A stretch of 35,181 nucleotides of DNA from Candidatus Bathyarchaeia archaeon. GTDB lineage: Archaea > Thermoproteota > Bathyarchaeia > Bathyarchaeales > Bathycorpusculaceae. Within the stretch, counting starts at the first letter, position 1, and every line of letters starts with the position of its first letter. The notes under the pieces were generated by a model. That model was not told where the DNA came from, searched no databases, and saw only the letters and a program-made list of their open reading frames with translations. Position numbers and translations under genes: made by a program. Positions 9,163 to 18,280 of this stretch are shown one piece after another. Where the stretch lies: positions 1 through 35,181 of the forward strand of contig JBEKWR010000019.1 of the NCBI GenBank assembly GCA_049512935.1. The letters are read 5' to 3'.

Positions 9163-9739
9163 AACCCCACATGCTTTCAAGCTTAAACGCCTAAAGGCTC
9201 AAGCGCCTCGAAAACAAGCGAACCTTAAATATTCATACATAGAGAAAAATCAACTTGAATAAAAGAATCGTGATTGCGAGGATTTAGTTGCCTTTTGAGG
9301 AGAAATTTTAAGGCTAAAGACGGCTTAATTGTGTCATGGAACACTAAAAACCGCTTTTCTAACGTGAAATCGACCGCTTGTCAACGTCAGCGACGCAGCC
9401 TTAAGCCGCAAACTCGCCTTAAACCTTCGCAAAGTTATCTCTAAAAGGCTTCCCACTGACCGAAAATTAATCGTTCGTTCAATTTTTACACGTAAAAGTT
9501 AAAAAAATCCATAAGTCTCATCCGAAAATTACTTAATTCTGATAATTTTTCCATGCATGTTTCTCTTTCTATGTGCTTCGGTTGACGAAGGCTCGTATCG
9601 TTTGGTTTTTGTGGAGAATGAAGAAGATATTTCTATGAGCCGATGGTAACTCTCGGGGAGGAGTAATGAAGGCATAGTGCAGGGTCAAAAGATCAGAGGG
9701 TATAGGGAAGAAACTTCTCAGCTGACGAAAGAGGGAGAG

Positions 9740-9769
9740 AAAATGGGTTTTGTTGATGCTTTTGTATAC
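9740..9769 (-). repeat. Dispersed repeat copy 2 (inverted relative to copy 1)
   Basis: Reverse complement gtatacaaaagcatcaacaaaacccatttt; 25/26 identical to copy 1. Confidence 0.85.
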
Positions 9770-9860
9770 CGATTGGAAGATTCGCACTTAACGGTTTTTC
9801 TTTTCAGGCAATTTACGGTTCTTTTTGCCTGTTTAATGTTAAATCATTTAAGGGATAACA

Positions 9861-10562
9861 ATGAGTGTTGAGTGCAAACTGTTAATTTCTCTCTTGAAAT
9901 TAACAAAGGAAGGGCCTGCTTTAACTGAACTTGTCAAAAGAGAGGCACACTTGCCGTCTGCCACTACGATGAAATTGCTGGAAAAAATGCAAACCGAAGG
10001 TCTCATTTATTTGAAAAAAGGCAGCGTCGAAGTACAGAACGGGAGCAGGCTCTGGCTTGCAGTCCAAGCAATCTCTTTAGGCGCAGATTTGGAGCAAGTA
10101 AGCAACTTGTTGCGTTGGCAAGAGTTTGAAGAAATTACCGCCGTGGCTTTGAGGACCAACGGTTACGCCGTCTCAAACAACGTTCGTTTTAAGCAGCCAC
10201 GTCGAAAATGGGAAATAGATGTCGTCGGCTGCAAGAAACCCCTGGTCATCTGCATCGACTGCAAACATTGGGGGCATGCAATTGCGCCCTCAGCGTTAAG
10301 GAGAATCGTTGATTCCCAGATTGAACGAACCTGCGCCTTTGCAGATTCTTTGCCGAACCCCGCGTTAAAGCTCGAATGCACAAGGTGGAGCGACGCCAAG
10401 TTTCTGCCAGTCATACTATCCCTAATACCGAGCTCATTCAAATTCTACTATGAAGTCCCTGTCGTTCCCATACTTCAACTCCAAGACTTTCTCAATCAGC
10501 TGCCTGCCTACATAGAGAACCTGAAGCTTTTCACCAAAACCTTCAACACTCTTAAGCCATAA
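9861..10562 (+). CDS. wHTH + PD-(D/E)xK (Mrr/NERD-like) restriction endonuclease-fold protein
   Basis: N-terminal HTH-like region; WQEFEE, EIDVV and IDCKHW motifs. Confidence 0.8.
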   Translation: MSVECKLLISLLKLTKEGPALTELVKREAHLPSATTMKLLEKMQTEGLIYLKKGSVEVQNGSRLWLAVQAISLGADLEQVSNLLRWQEFEEITAVALRTNGYAVSNNVRFKQPRRKWEIDVVGCKKPLVICIDCKHWGHAIAPSALRRIVDSQIERTCAFADSLPNPALKLECTRWSDAKFLPVILSLIPSSFKFYYEVPVVPILQLQDFLNQLPAYIENLKLFTKTFNTLKP

Positions 10563-12423
10563 TCTTCAAAATCGAAGCTCGAGATAGCCTAAACGCTGGG
10601 TAAAGGCTCAAAAGCAGGATTCCTGCTAAGGCTGCAAAAAGCAACCCAGCTATCTCCAATATCATGAAGGCAGTAACTATCGGCTGCGGCATCAGGATAA
10701 GATAAGTAATCATGGTACCAAGCGGTAATCCGATTCCGAAGCTTGAAAGAAGCAAAACTGCGCTTTGGATAGCCAGAACTGACAGGACAAATTTCGGTTT
10801 AGCGCCGATAGAGCGCAAAACGGCGAATTCTTGACGTTGCTCATCAGCGGCAAGCATCATGTAGATTACCATGCAGAGGGCTGCTGAAGCCAAGGTGAAG
10901 AAGGGCATTATCATTATGGTTTGCCAATTTGACGCCAAGAAACCCGTGTCCTTTTCAACAACGCTGCTCAGTGGGAAAACACTCAGGTCAGGGTCAACGC
11001 GTTGCAGCAGGGTCGTAATTTGTGCAATGGCTGCCGACTGGTCAGCAGAATTCTTAAGCGTAACTAGGAGCAAGTTGGGGCTGATGGTTCCCGTCGCGTT
11101 TTCAAGCGTTTGTATGGGCACGTAGGCGACAAAGCCATTGTTTAACGGGTCAACGCAAACCCCGACAATGTTGAACGTTGTATTTTCAAATGTCATGTCT
11201 TCAACAAGAGGGTTAGCCTGAGCTATACTCAAACTTGAATCGGGCGTGTAGATTGTTTCGGCGACTGAATCACCTACAACCACCTGGTACTGGTCACCTG
11301 AATTCAAAAATCGGCCCTCAACATTCCATTTGCTTGAAAGCTCTGAAAGGTTAACGCCGACAACTACTGCGTCTGTTGTCCTGTTTCCTCCAACGTAGGC
11401 TTGGGTTCCAGCTTCTCCGTTAAAGCTGAAGTTTGCTACCTCTTGAATCTGCCCTTCTAAGACCAGGCGGGAATTCACTAGGCTCACGCTGGGCAAGGCG
11501 CTTAACTGGGCTGCGACGGAGTTTGGAATCGCCAGATTTGGGCTGGAATAGTTAAATCCGCCTGTTATTGATGTTCCTGAAAACTTTGATAAAAGCTGTT
11601 CGTACTGGTTACCCATGCTGTCCGCAGCTATGGCAATCGTGTTTTTGCCTGTGCTGCCCTGAATCCAAGATGCAGTTGTGTTGCTTGCGATGATGCCTCC
11701 TGCAATGCAAACCGTGAGAAGAATGAACACTATTGAAAGCAAGATTAAGAGCCGAAAAGTCGCTGATTGGCGGCGAAGCATGCTTCTGCTGACGATGCTC
11801 CAGGTTATTCCCGACTTTGACAACGCTTTATGCTGGGCGGTTGTTGTTAAACCATGATAAGTCACCGGAGAAAGTGCCTTTATTGGCGACATCCTTGACG
11901 CCTTAATGATTGGCCAGACACCGAAAATTAATGCCAAAACAAAAAAGATGAAAAAAACGATCAGCCCCAACCATAAATTCGGCAGTTTGTACGTTGAAAA
12001 AACGTAGTTTGAAATGCCGTAGTCCATCAAAAATCCGGCAATTATGCCTAAACCACAGCCTGCAATAGTTACGGTTAACAATTCCTGGATGAAGTAGCCA
12101 GCGACGAGGCTGTTCGGGCATCCAGCTGCCTTTATCAAACCGAAATCCCGCGTTCTTTGAGCCATCATGAAATACGCAATGAAGGAAGTTAACACGGCGC
12201 CCACGGCAAAAATGAGTATGCCGATGAAAAGCAGGAACTGTGAAAACAGCGAGGTTATTCCCATCGTAAGAATGTTATTGGCTGATGTTAAACCGTTTAA
12301 ACGGCTGCTAAACAGCAGCAGAAACGTTGTGGAAGCGACGCTTAACGTTAAGGTTAATATGGTTAAGCTTGTTTGAAGCCTTCTTCGAAGCAAATCGTTG
12401 ATCGGAAAAGCCGCGCTACTCAT
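10552..12423 (-). CDS. ABC transporter permease (FtsX/MacB type)
   Basis: Two FtsX repeats (QRTRDFGLIKAAG; QRQEFAVLRSIGA) and an extracellular domain with EGRFL; overlaps the ATPase gene. Confidence 0.9.
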   Translation of the reverse strand: MSSAAFPINDLLRRRLQTSLTILTLTLSVASTTFLLLFSSRLNGLTSANNILTMGITSLFSQFLLFIGILIFAVGAVLTSFIAYFMMAQRTRDFGLIKAAGCPNSLVAGYFIQELLTVTIAGCGLGIIAGFLMDYGISNYVFSTYKLPNLWLGLIVFFIFFVLALIFGVWPIIKASRMSPIKALSPVTYHGLTTTAQHKALSKSGITWSIVSRSMLRRQSATFRLLILLSIVFILLTVCIAGGIIASNTTASWIQGSTGKNTIAIAADSMGNQYEQLLSKFSGTSITGGFNYSSPNLAIPNSVAAQLSALPSVSLVNSRLVLEGQIQEVANFSFNGEAGTQAYVGGNRTTDAVVVGVNLSELSSKWNVEGRFLNSGDQYQVVVGDSVAETIYTPDSSLSIAQANPLVEDMTFENTTFNIVGVCVDPLNNGFVAYVPIQTLENATGTISPNLLLVTLKNSADQSAAIAQITTLLQRVDPDLSVFPLSSVVEKDTGFLASNWQTIMIMPFFTLASAALCMVIYMMLAADEQRQEFAVLRSIGAKPKFVLSVLAIQSAVLLLSSFGIGLPLGTMITYLILMPQPIVTAFMILEIAGLLFAALAGILLLSLYPAFRLSRASILKIMA

Positions 12424-13108
12424 TTGTACCCGCCAATTTGCCTTCTTCCAGACACAAAACCTGGTCTGCCAACTGCTTTATCTGAACATCATGGGTTGCG
12501 ACAACAACCGTTTTCCCCTTCTCCTTCAACATTTGAAGAACCTGAATGATTTTCTGCCCGTTCTTATCATCCAAATTACCCGTCGGCTCATCCGCAAGAA
12601 CAAGCTCGGGGTCGTTAGCCAAAGCTCTCGCAAAAGCCACCCGTTGCTGCTCGCCGCCGCTAAGCTGAGATGGAAAATGGTTCGCTCTGCTCTGTAAACC
12701 CACAGTTTCCAGCAGTTCACTTATGCGTTTTTCTATGCCTTCCATGGGCTTTCCAGTCCACTCCATGGGAAAAGCGATGTTTTCGGCAACCGTTAAGGTT
12801 GAAACCAGATTGTACGCTTGGAAAACGAAGCCGACACTGTTGCAGCGGTAATCTGACAGCGCATCTTCGTTTTGAATCGTCAAGTCTTGGTCGTTAACAA
12901 AGATTTTTCCCGTAGTCGGCTTATCTATCCCGCCTATGATGTTGAGAAGTGTAGTTTTTCCCGAACCTGAAGCACCGCTGAGCACCACAAAGCGTGCCTT
13001 ACTGATGGAAAATGTGACGTCCTTTAAGACCTCAAGTTTTTCGTTGCCTATCTCGTAGGCTTTTCCTAAGGCCTGCGCATAAATGGCAATGCCTTCTTGC
13101 TTCTCCAT
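12416..13108 (-). CDS. ABC transporter ATP-binding protein (LolD/MacB-like)
   Basis: [28 protein letters not shown] and THD motifs. Confidence 0.95.
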   Translation of the reverse strand: MEKQEGIAIYAQALGKAYEIGNEKLEVLKDVTFSISKARFVVLSGASGSGKTTLLNIIGGIDKPTTGKIFVNDQDLTIQNEDALSDYRCNSVGFVFQAYNLVSTLTVAENIAFPMEWTGKPMEGIEKRISELLETVGLQSRANHFPSQLSGGEQQRVAFARALANDPELVLADEPTGNLDDKNGQKIIQVLQMLKEKGKTVVVATHDVQIKQLADQVLCLEEGKLAGTNE

Positions 13109-13187
13109 TCTCTCTTTGCCTCTTGGGTGTGAAAAATGAGTTGTACGCGACTAATAATATATGTTGAGGTACAATCGCTTTCGTTTC

Positions 13188-13622
13188 TCAGGCGTAAGCC
13201 GTGTCCAGATTAAGATTTCCCCTATCCCGCTTAAGAATACGCACCTTTTCAGGCAACTTGTCCTTCTCCCAATCCGCCCAGCTTATCTCTTTAAAAAGCC
13301 ACCTCTTGCCCAAATGCGCTGCAACCACGGCGTGTTTATGCGCGTTGTCGGCTGGGATGAGCTCGTTGAGGAACCTGAAAAGCTTGTCGATCTGCTGCTT
13401 AGGAAAGTACGCATAGTAACTTGCGTTTTTCACTTCAAAAGCGTACATGTGGCCGCCTCTTCTCGCCATGATGTCAGGAAGCGGGTTGAGGCTTGGGTTG
13501 CTCACAGGCACCCGAACGGCGTTGTATCCTTTTTTCTGCAGGACCTTGACCAGAACTGACTCGCTGTAGAAGCCTCTTTTGCGCCAGCGACGAAGCCTTA
13601 TTCTGTCAATTTCTTTGCTCAT
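13188..13622 (-). CDS. Archaeal Holliday junction resolvase-like (Hjc-type) nuclease
   Basis: RKRGFYSE...GYNAVRVPVS...PDIMA...FEVK. Likely start is ATG 13622 with a TATA-like tttttatc at ~13673-13666; the longer ORF-track N-terminus looks non-coding and contains repeat copies. Confidence 0.78.
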   Translation of the reverse strand: MSKEIDRIRLRRWRKRGFYSESVLVKVLQKKGYNAVRVPVSNPSLNPLPDIMARRGGHMYAFEVKNASYYAYFPKQQIDKLFRFLNELIPADNAHKHAVVAAHLGKRWLFKEISWADWEKDKLPEKVRILKRDRGNLNLDTAYA

Positions 13623-13695
13623 CAGCCTTTGCTCCAACTTGCTTGCTGTCTTATCAACCTTTAGAGATAAAAATTGTTGCCTATGCGCGCCGCCG

Positions 13696-13724
13696 AAACT
13701 GGTTTCGTTTATGCTTTTGTATAC
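13696..13724 (-). repeat. Dispersed repeat copy 3
   Basis: Reverse complement gtatacaaaagcataaacgaaaccagttt. Confidence 0.75.
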
Positions 13725-13966
13725 ACTGAATCGGACCCGTTGAACCCGTGGTGCATTGGTGATGGTCATAACCCACGATATTACAGCACCCACCAAACCC
13801 ACTGAACACGTAACAGCGCTCATTGACTCTGCAAAAATATCACTCATATAGCCTACATTAAGCACTTCAAAAGCAGCGGCTGACCTCCTGAAGGCATCGA
13901 AAAAGTTGCCTAAGAGAGAAAATCCGCACACCAAATTTCTCTTAAAGACCGAAAGAAAAGTCAGCG

Positions 13967-13991
13967 GTATACCGAAGCATCTACAAAACAC
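13967..13991 (+). repeat. Dispersed repeat copy 4
   Basis: gtataccgaagcatctacaaaacac. Confidence 0.65.
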
Positions 13992-14665
13992 GCCTCAACA
14001 CCAAATTTAGCCAGTTAAAACCGCAAGTCCACAGTAACCGATTTCCGGAGACCACCAACCTTTGACCGCTCCTCATTGCCAGAAACCTACACTCGAAGCA
14101 AACATCAGCCGCTCAAAGTTCCCCAGTGACAAAGTCAAAGACAAAAAAGGCAGACCTATTTTTTTTCGTACACGTTTAGGCAAAATTTTTCGACAGTGGA
14201 CTGACAAGATACACGAGCGAGAGAAAGTCGTAAAATCGGCAAAGTTTCATCAGTCCTCTAAAAACCAGGCAAAAAGTTCGAAGCTTAGCCGAAAAAACAG
14301 GCTTTTGTTTCGTATGGAGATTTTCGGAGGTACTTATATGAGGCTCTGATATTCCCCATGCCAGTGCTCTATAGGTGGCATAGAAAAGGCTGAATTCAGG
14401 CTATTTTGACATTATAGGCATGAATCTGGGTTTTAAATTATCGCTCCCATAGAAAATAATTGGCTGATTTTTTATCGTTCCAGTTTCGCACAAAAACAAC
14501 CACGCTCCATGCAATTTACGACAAAATAACCTCTAAAATCACGTATTTTATCAAAATGTGACAAACGATAAACCGTTTTTAATAACTTAATTGGGCGCAA
14601 AAAAATTTTGCGTTTTTAACAATTTTTTTGAAAAAGCTACGGCTCACACTAGCGTTTGGGGTTGG

Positions 14666-15190
14666 TTATGGCGGCAAACCCTTAGCCGCATTGTCTCTCA
14701 GTGTTTCCAGCCAAACCTGGTGCTGCTTCACCATTCGATTTCCAGCCAACACTCTTACTAACCGTGTAAGAAAACCACGCTGCCTTTCCTCAGTAAGAAC
14801 ACGGCACCCCTTCTCGGTCTTCTCTATAAGCCAAGCTTGATAGCCAGAATCACCTGTACCGTGAAATTCAAACGCAAGACGCTCAGGCGGCAGAAATTCC
14901 ACAACTTCGCAATCCACAGTTACACCAAACGCAGTAGCCTTCCCTGTATCAGGGTTGAAGAATCCAGTTTTCCACTTAAATCGCGTGCCCAAAGCAAGGT
15001 CCGGAGGTTGTCCCTCAACGAAGCGCATGTTGGCTGAGTTCGGATACCACGTGGGCCAAAGCTGCGCCCGTATGAGCCATGCCCACACAACTTCTGGATC
15101 CAAAGGCATTTCTAATTCGTTTCGGACGTCAACGTGACAATTTGCTTGGGCGTAGCGCGTTGGCCACAAAATCTGATTTGATTCAGCCAT
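14666..15190 (-). CDS. SRPBCC/START-domain (polyketide cyclase-like) protein
   Basis: 'PEVVWAWL...WPTWYP', 'GTRFKWKT', 'EFLPPERLAF' and a C-terminal helix 'HQVWLETLR'. Confidence 0.85.
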   Translation of the reverse strand: MAESNQILWPTRYAQANCHVDVRNELEMPLDPEVVWAWLIRAQLWPTWYPNSANMRFVEGQPPDLALGTRFKWKTGFFNPDTGKATAFGVTVDCEVVEFLPPERLAFEFHGTGDSGYQAWLIEKTEKGCRVLTEERQRGFLTRLVRVLAGNRMVKQHQVWLETLRDNAAKGLPP

Positions 15191-15852
15191 AGTTTGAAAC
15201 TTGAGAAGTTATATCTTTGCTTTAAGGATAAAAGCTTGTTGCACTTACAAAAGAGACGTTATTTGAAGGGCGCGCAAAGTTTTGTATCTGTTTAAACTGA
15301 GTTTCTGAGTTTTGATAAACGATCAGATTGTAATTTTCAGAAGGCGAAATATTGGCAAAAAACCCAAATTTTTGCTACTTAGTGGACTTAGGTTAAAGTG
15401 CAAATGATTACGCTCTTTGGTTGCCAAATTTTAGGTTGTTATTTTTCTTGAAAAGTATTTTCCCTTCAGGATACAGCGTCCCTCACGAGCTGAAGGTAGG
15501 TGAGTAATTGTTACTTAAAACGGCTTTTTTCCGCTTTTATTTCCAAGCACGCGTAATATTGTATGTCTTAAGCCTGTTTAAACGGCTCTAAATCTTAGCG
15601 AGCGCTTGATGGCAAAATTGTAGCTGGTGAGTGCAGTGGCGTTAGTATTACTCAGTTTCTTAACCGTCACATGTGACAACCACCGGATAAGAAAGTTCAA
15701 AAGTTTAATAAAATAATGAGCGAAGAGGCAGATTAAACGCTAAGTTCGCAGCATTTGAGAGTTGATTGAAAACCTTGGCAACAGACTTTGCGAAATTCTC
15801 AGCCTATAAGGAATTAACTTCTTTACCTAAAAACAAGTATAAATGCCCACTT

Positions 15853-15882
15853 GTATACGAAAGCATCAACAGAACACACTTT
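15853..15882 (+). repeat. Dispersed repeat copy 5
   Basis: gtatacgaaagcatcaacagaacacacttt; followed at +88 by gcgaaccttaaatat, as in copy 1. Confidence 0.75.
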
Positions 15883-16425
15883 AATGCGCAGGTTCCTGCG
15901 TTGATTTCAACCGATTAAGCGCTTGCACCTTCGAAGGTAGGCGAACCTTAAATATACATGGTTCAAGCTCACTAAAAGAAAACAAATTCCCAGTTCAAAA
16001 CCAAACATTATCCTCTTAAGTTGAAAAATAATCAAATAACGGCGTAAAATCGGAAGCGGTCACCATTAAAATTAGCAGTTTTCTGAAGCAAACTTGGTTT
16101 TTTAGGGTCAGGACGCTATTTTTAGCCGTATTACCTTGGATTCATGTTGAAGACTGGAGCATTTTTGATAACGAAATGGCGTTATTATGTACATTTTGTA
16201 CAATTAAATGTCAAAAAACGGTTAATGGTTTGAAGAAATTGTAAGTTGCATGGCAAATTGTGGGTTTCTCTCAACCATTTTAGAGGTTTCGGGTGACGAA
16301 AGTTTGCCATTTCAACCTTTCACGAAAAACTCAGGATTACAATAAGCGCGGCTACAAAAAGCAATAGTTGTATTCGAAATGTTTTTCAGCCTTTTAGATG
16401 ATTAATGTTAGCGGAACAGCGGAAC

Positions 16426-16842
16426 ATGTCAGACTTTAGGGTTGTGAACAAAAGCTTCAGCTTCACCACAAGAGGCGAAATAGACTTCGTAGACTTATCC
16501 GACAAGGTGCAGGAAGAAGTCTCAGCGTCAGGCGTAAAAAACGGCGTAGTCCACGTCTTCGCGCCGCACGCAACAGGCATACTGATTCTAACTGAAAACG
16601 ACGACGCGTTGCTCGAGGACATCAGGGCGCTTCTGGAAGAGATTGTGCCAAAACACGCTGCTTACCAGCATCCATCAAACGCTCACTCGCACCTGCGCTC
16701 CATGCTTCTCCCACCCGACAAGACACTGCCGATCGTTAATGGGCATGTGATGTTTGGAACTTGGCAGTCGCTGTTTTTTGTGGAAACAGACGTTTACCCG
16801 AGAAAACGAACAGTAATCATCCAAGTCATGGGCGAATCATAA
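16426..16842 (+). CDS. yjbQ: YjbQ/UPF0047 family protein
   Basis: PHATG...EN, NAHSHLRS and GTWQ motifs; start at ATG 16426 (alternative 16405). Confidence 0.92.
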   Translation: MSDFRVVNKSFSFTTRGEIDFVDLSDKVQEEVSASGVKNGVVHVFAPHATGILILTENDDALLEDIRALLEEIVPKHAAYQHPSNAHSHLRSMLLPPDKTLPIVNGHVMFGTWQSLFFVETDVYPRKRTVIIQVMGES

Positions 16843-17272
16843 GAAAGGCCGCTGCCGATTTTTTCAGTTCTAAATCGCCGAGTTTTCTTTTTCGCAAATC
16901 GTGAGCGCAGAAATAGAGCTGAAACCATTGCTTTTTAACGATTTAATGGTAATTAAGCAATCAAAGGCTTAGCTATTTAACTATTTGTTGTAAAAATTTT
17001 CCATTCGAAATAATTTCGTAAAGCGACACGGAGGCGTGAGCAGCTTTCAGGAAGTTGCAGCAGCCAAAAGTAGTCCCAACTAGCAGAGTTATCCCCGAAA
17101 ACGCCTTGCTGAGGCTCTTTCAAAGCGGTTTTTTATGGTTTTGACCCTTTTGATGAGCCAAGCCAGCCTTATTTTCCTGCTTTAACCCATCAAACCCTTG
17201 GCAAGGATCTGTTTTCTTTAAGTTTGCTGCATGATTATATAAGGTTCGTTGCAGTTCGAAGAAAACTAGCCC

Positions 17273-17995
17273 TCATTTCTCGGTTTTAAGCCTCTTAGTT
17301 GAGTCCCTGGGTCGCATGCGAGCCTTCTTCTTCACAAGTGCTCTTTCAGAGGGCTTATCCTCCATGACGTCGTCTTCCTCTTCGTCCAAGGACAAGGTGT
17401 CAACTGCATCAGGGAAGTCAGCTGTTGTCGCCTGCGCCGCGCCGCTCTTCAGCATCAACTCCACAGCCCTATCCACGTCTCCTGGCTCCGCGTCGATGCC
17501 TCGGGTTGCATCCATAAGAACCACGGTTTCATAACCAAGTTTACGCGCGTCAAGAACCGTGTTTAAGACGCAGTAGTCCGTTGCCAAACCGCCTATGAAA
17601 AGCCGTTGGATATCGCGTTCCTTCAATTCGCCGGCGAAGTTGGTTCCGTCAAAAACCGAGTAGCGTTCCCGCATGGGGTCCGTGGCTTTATAGACAACCA
17701 CCGCGTCTTTGGGAAGGTTAAGTTCTGGGCTGAACTTTGCTCCTTTAGTGTCTTGGACACAGTGAGGCGGCCAACGTCCGCCCTGCTGCTTAAACGAGCA
17801 GTGATTCGGCGGATGCCAATCCTTAGACGCGAAAACCTGCGCTTTGGCTTTCTGGAAAAGCTCGGCAAACTCGTTAAGGACAGATATGATTTCGTCGCCT
17901 CCCTCGACGGGAAGCGCGCCGCCTGGCAGAAAATCGTTCTGGATGTCTGTTATCAAAAGGGCGTCGGAACTTGTTACGTTATAGGTTTTGCTCAT
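17273..17995 (-). CDS. pncA: Nicotinamidase/pyrazinamidase
   Basis: DIQNDFLPGGAL, DWHP, WPPHCVQ and GLATDYCV motifs; extra acidic-then-basic C-terminal tail. Confidence 0.92.
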   Translation of the reverse strand: MSKTYNVTSSDALLITDIQNDFLPGGALPVEGGDEIISVLNEFAELFQKAKAQVFASKDWHPPNHCSFKQQGGRWPPHCVQDTKGAKFSPELNLPKDAVVVYKATDPMRERYSVFDGTNFAGELKERDIQRLFIGGLATDYCVLNTVLDARKLGYETVVLMDATRGIDAEPGDVDRAVELMLKSGAAQATTADFPDAVDTLSLDEEEDDVMEDKPSERALVKKKARMRPRDSTKRLKTEK

Positions 17996-18204
17996 TTCAA
18001 CATACCTCGGTTTGTTTTCAAGAATGCACCTTTGAAAATTCAGGTTTATTAGCGCGATACTATTGAATAAACCTTTTTGCCGCTTTGAAAAAACGAAAGT
18101 TTGGCTTTAGAAAAGAAATAGAAATCTTCCTCTAAGACGGTACAGGCAAAGGTTGATCAAAGAAACCCAGGCAAGTAACCATTCAATAAGAATGAAAATG
18201 GGGA

Positions 18205-18227
18205 GTTTTGGTGATGCTTTTGTATAC
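18205..18227 (-). repeat. Dispersed repeat copy 6
   Basis: Reverse complement gtatacaaaagcatcaccaaaac; 23/23 identical to copy 1. Confidence 0.85.
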
Positions 18228-18280
18228 CATTAAGTAAGCCTTATCTTGTTACCTGCGTCAATAAAATACGAGGCGTCAGA

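Noticed and set aside
9551-9562. CCATGCATGTTT shared with 26838-26849
   Set aside because: Only two 12-bp copies in unrelated contexts; too weak to call.
13623-13991. 123-aa N-terminal extension of the Hjc-like ORF
   Set aside because: Contains a TATA-like box and repeat copies; the nuclease domain begins near ATG 13622.
14062-14349. 95-aa Lys-rich ORF
   Set aside because: TTG start, no SD or motifs; the composition reflects A-rich non-coding DNA.
17150-17220. TGATGA as a C/D-box sRNA start
   Set aside because: No suitably placed CTGA D box.
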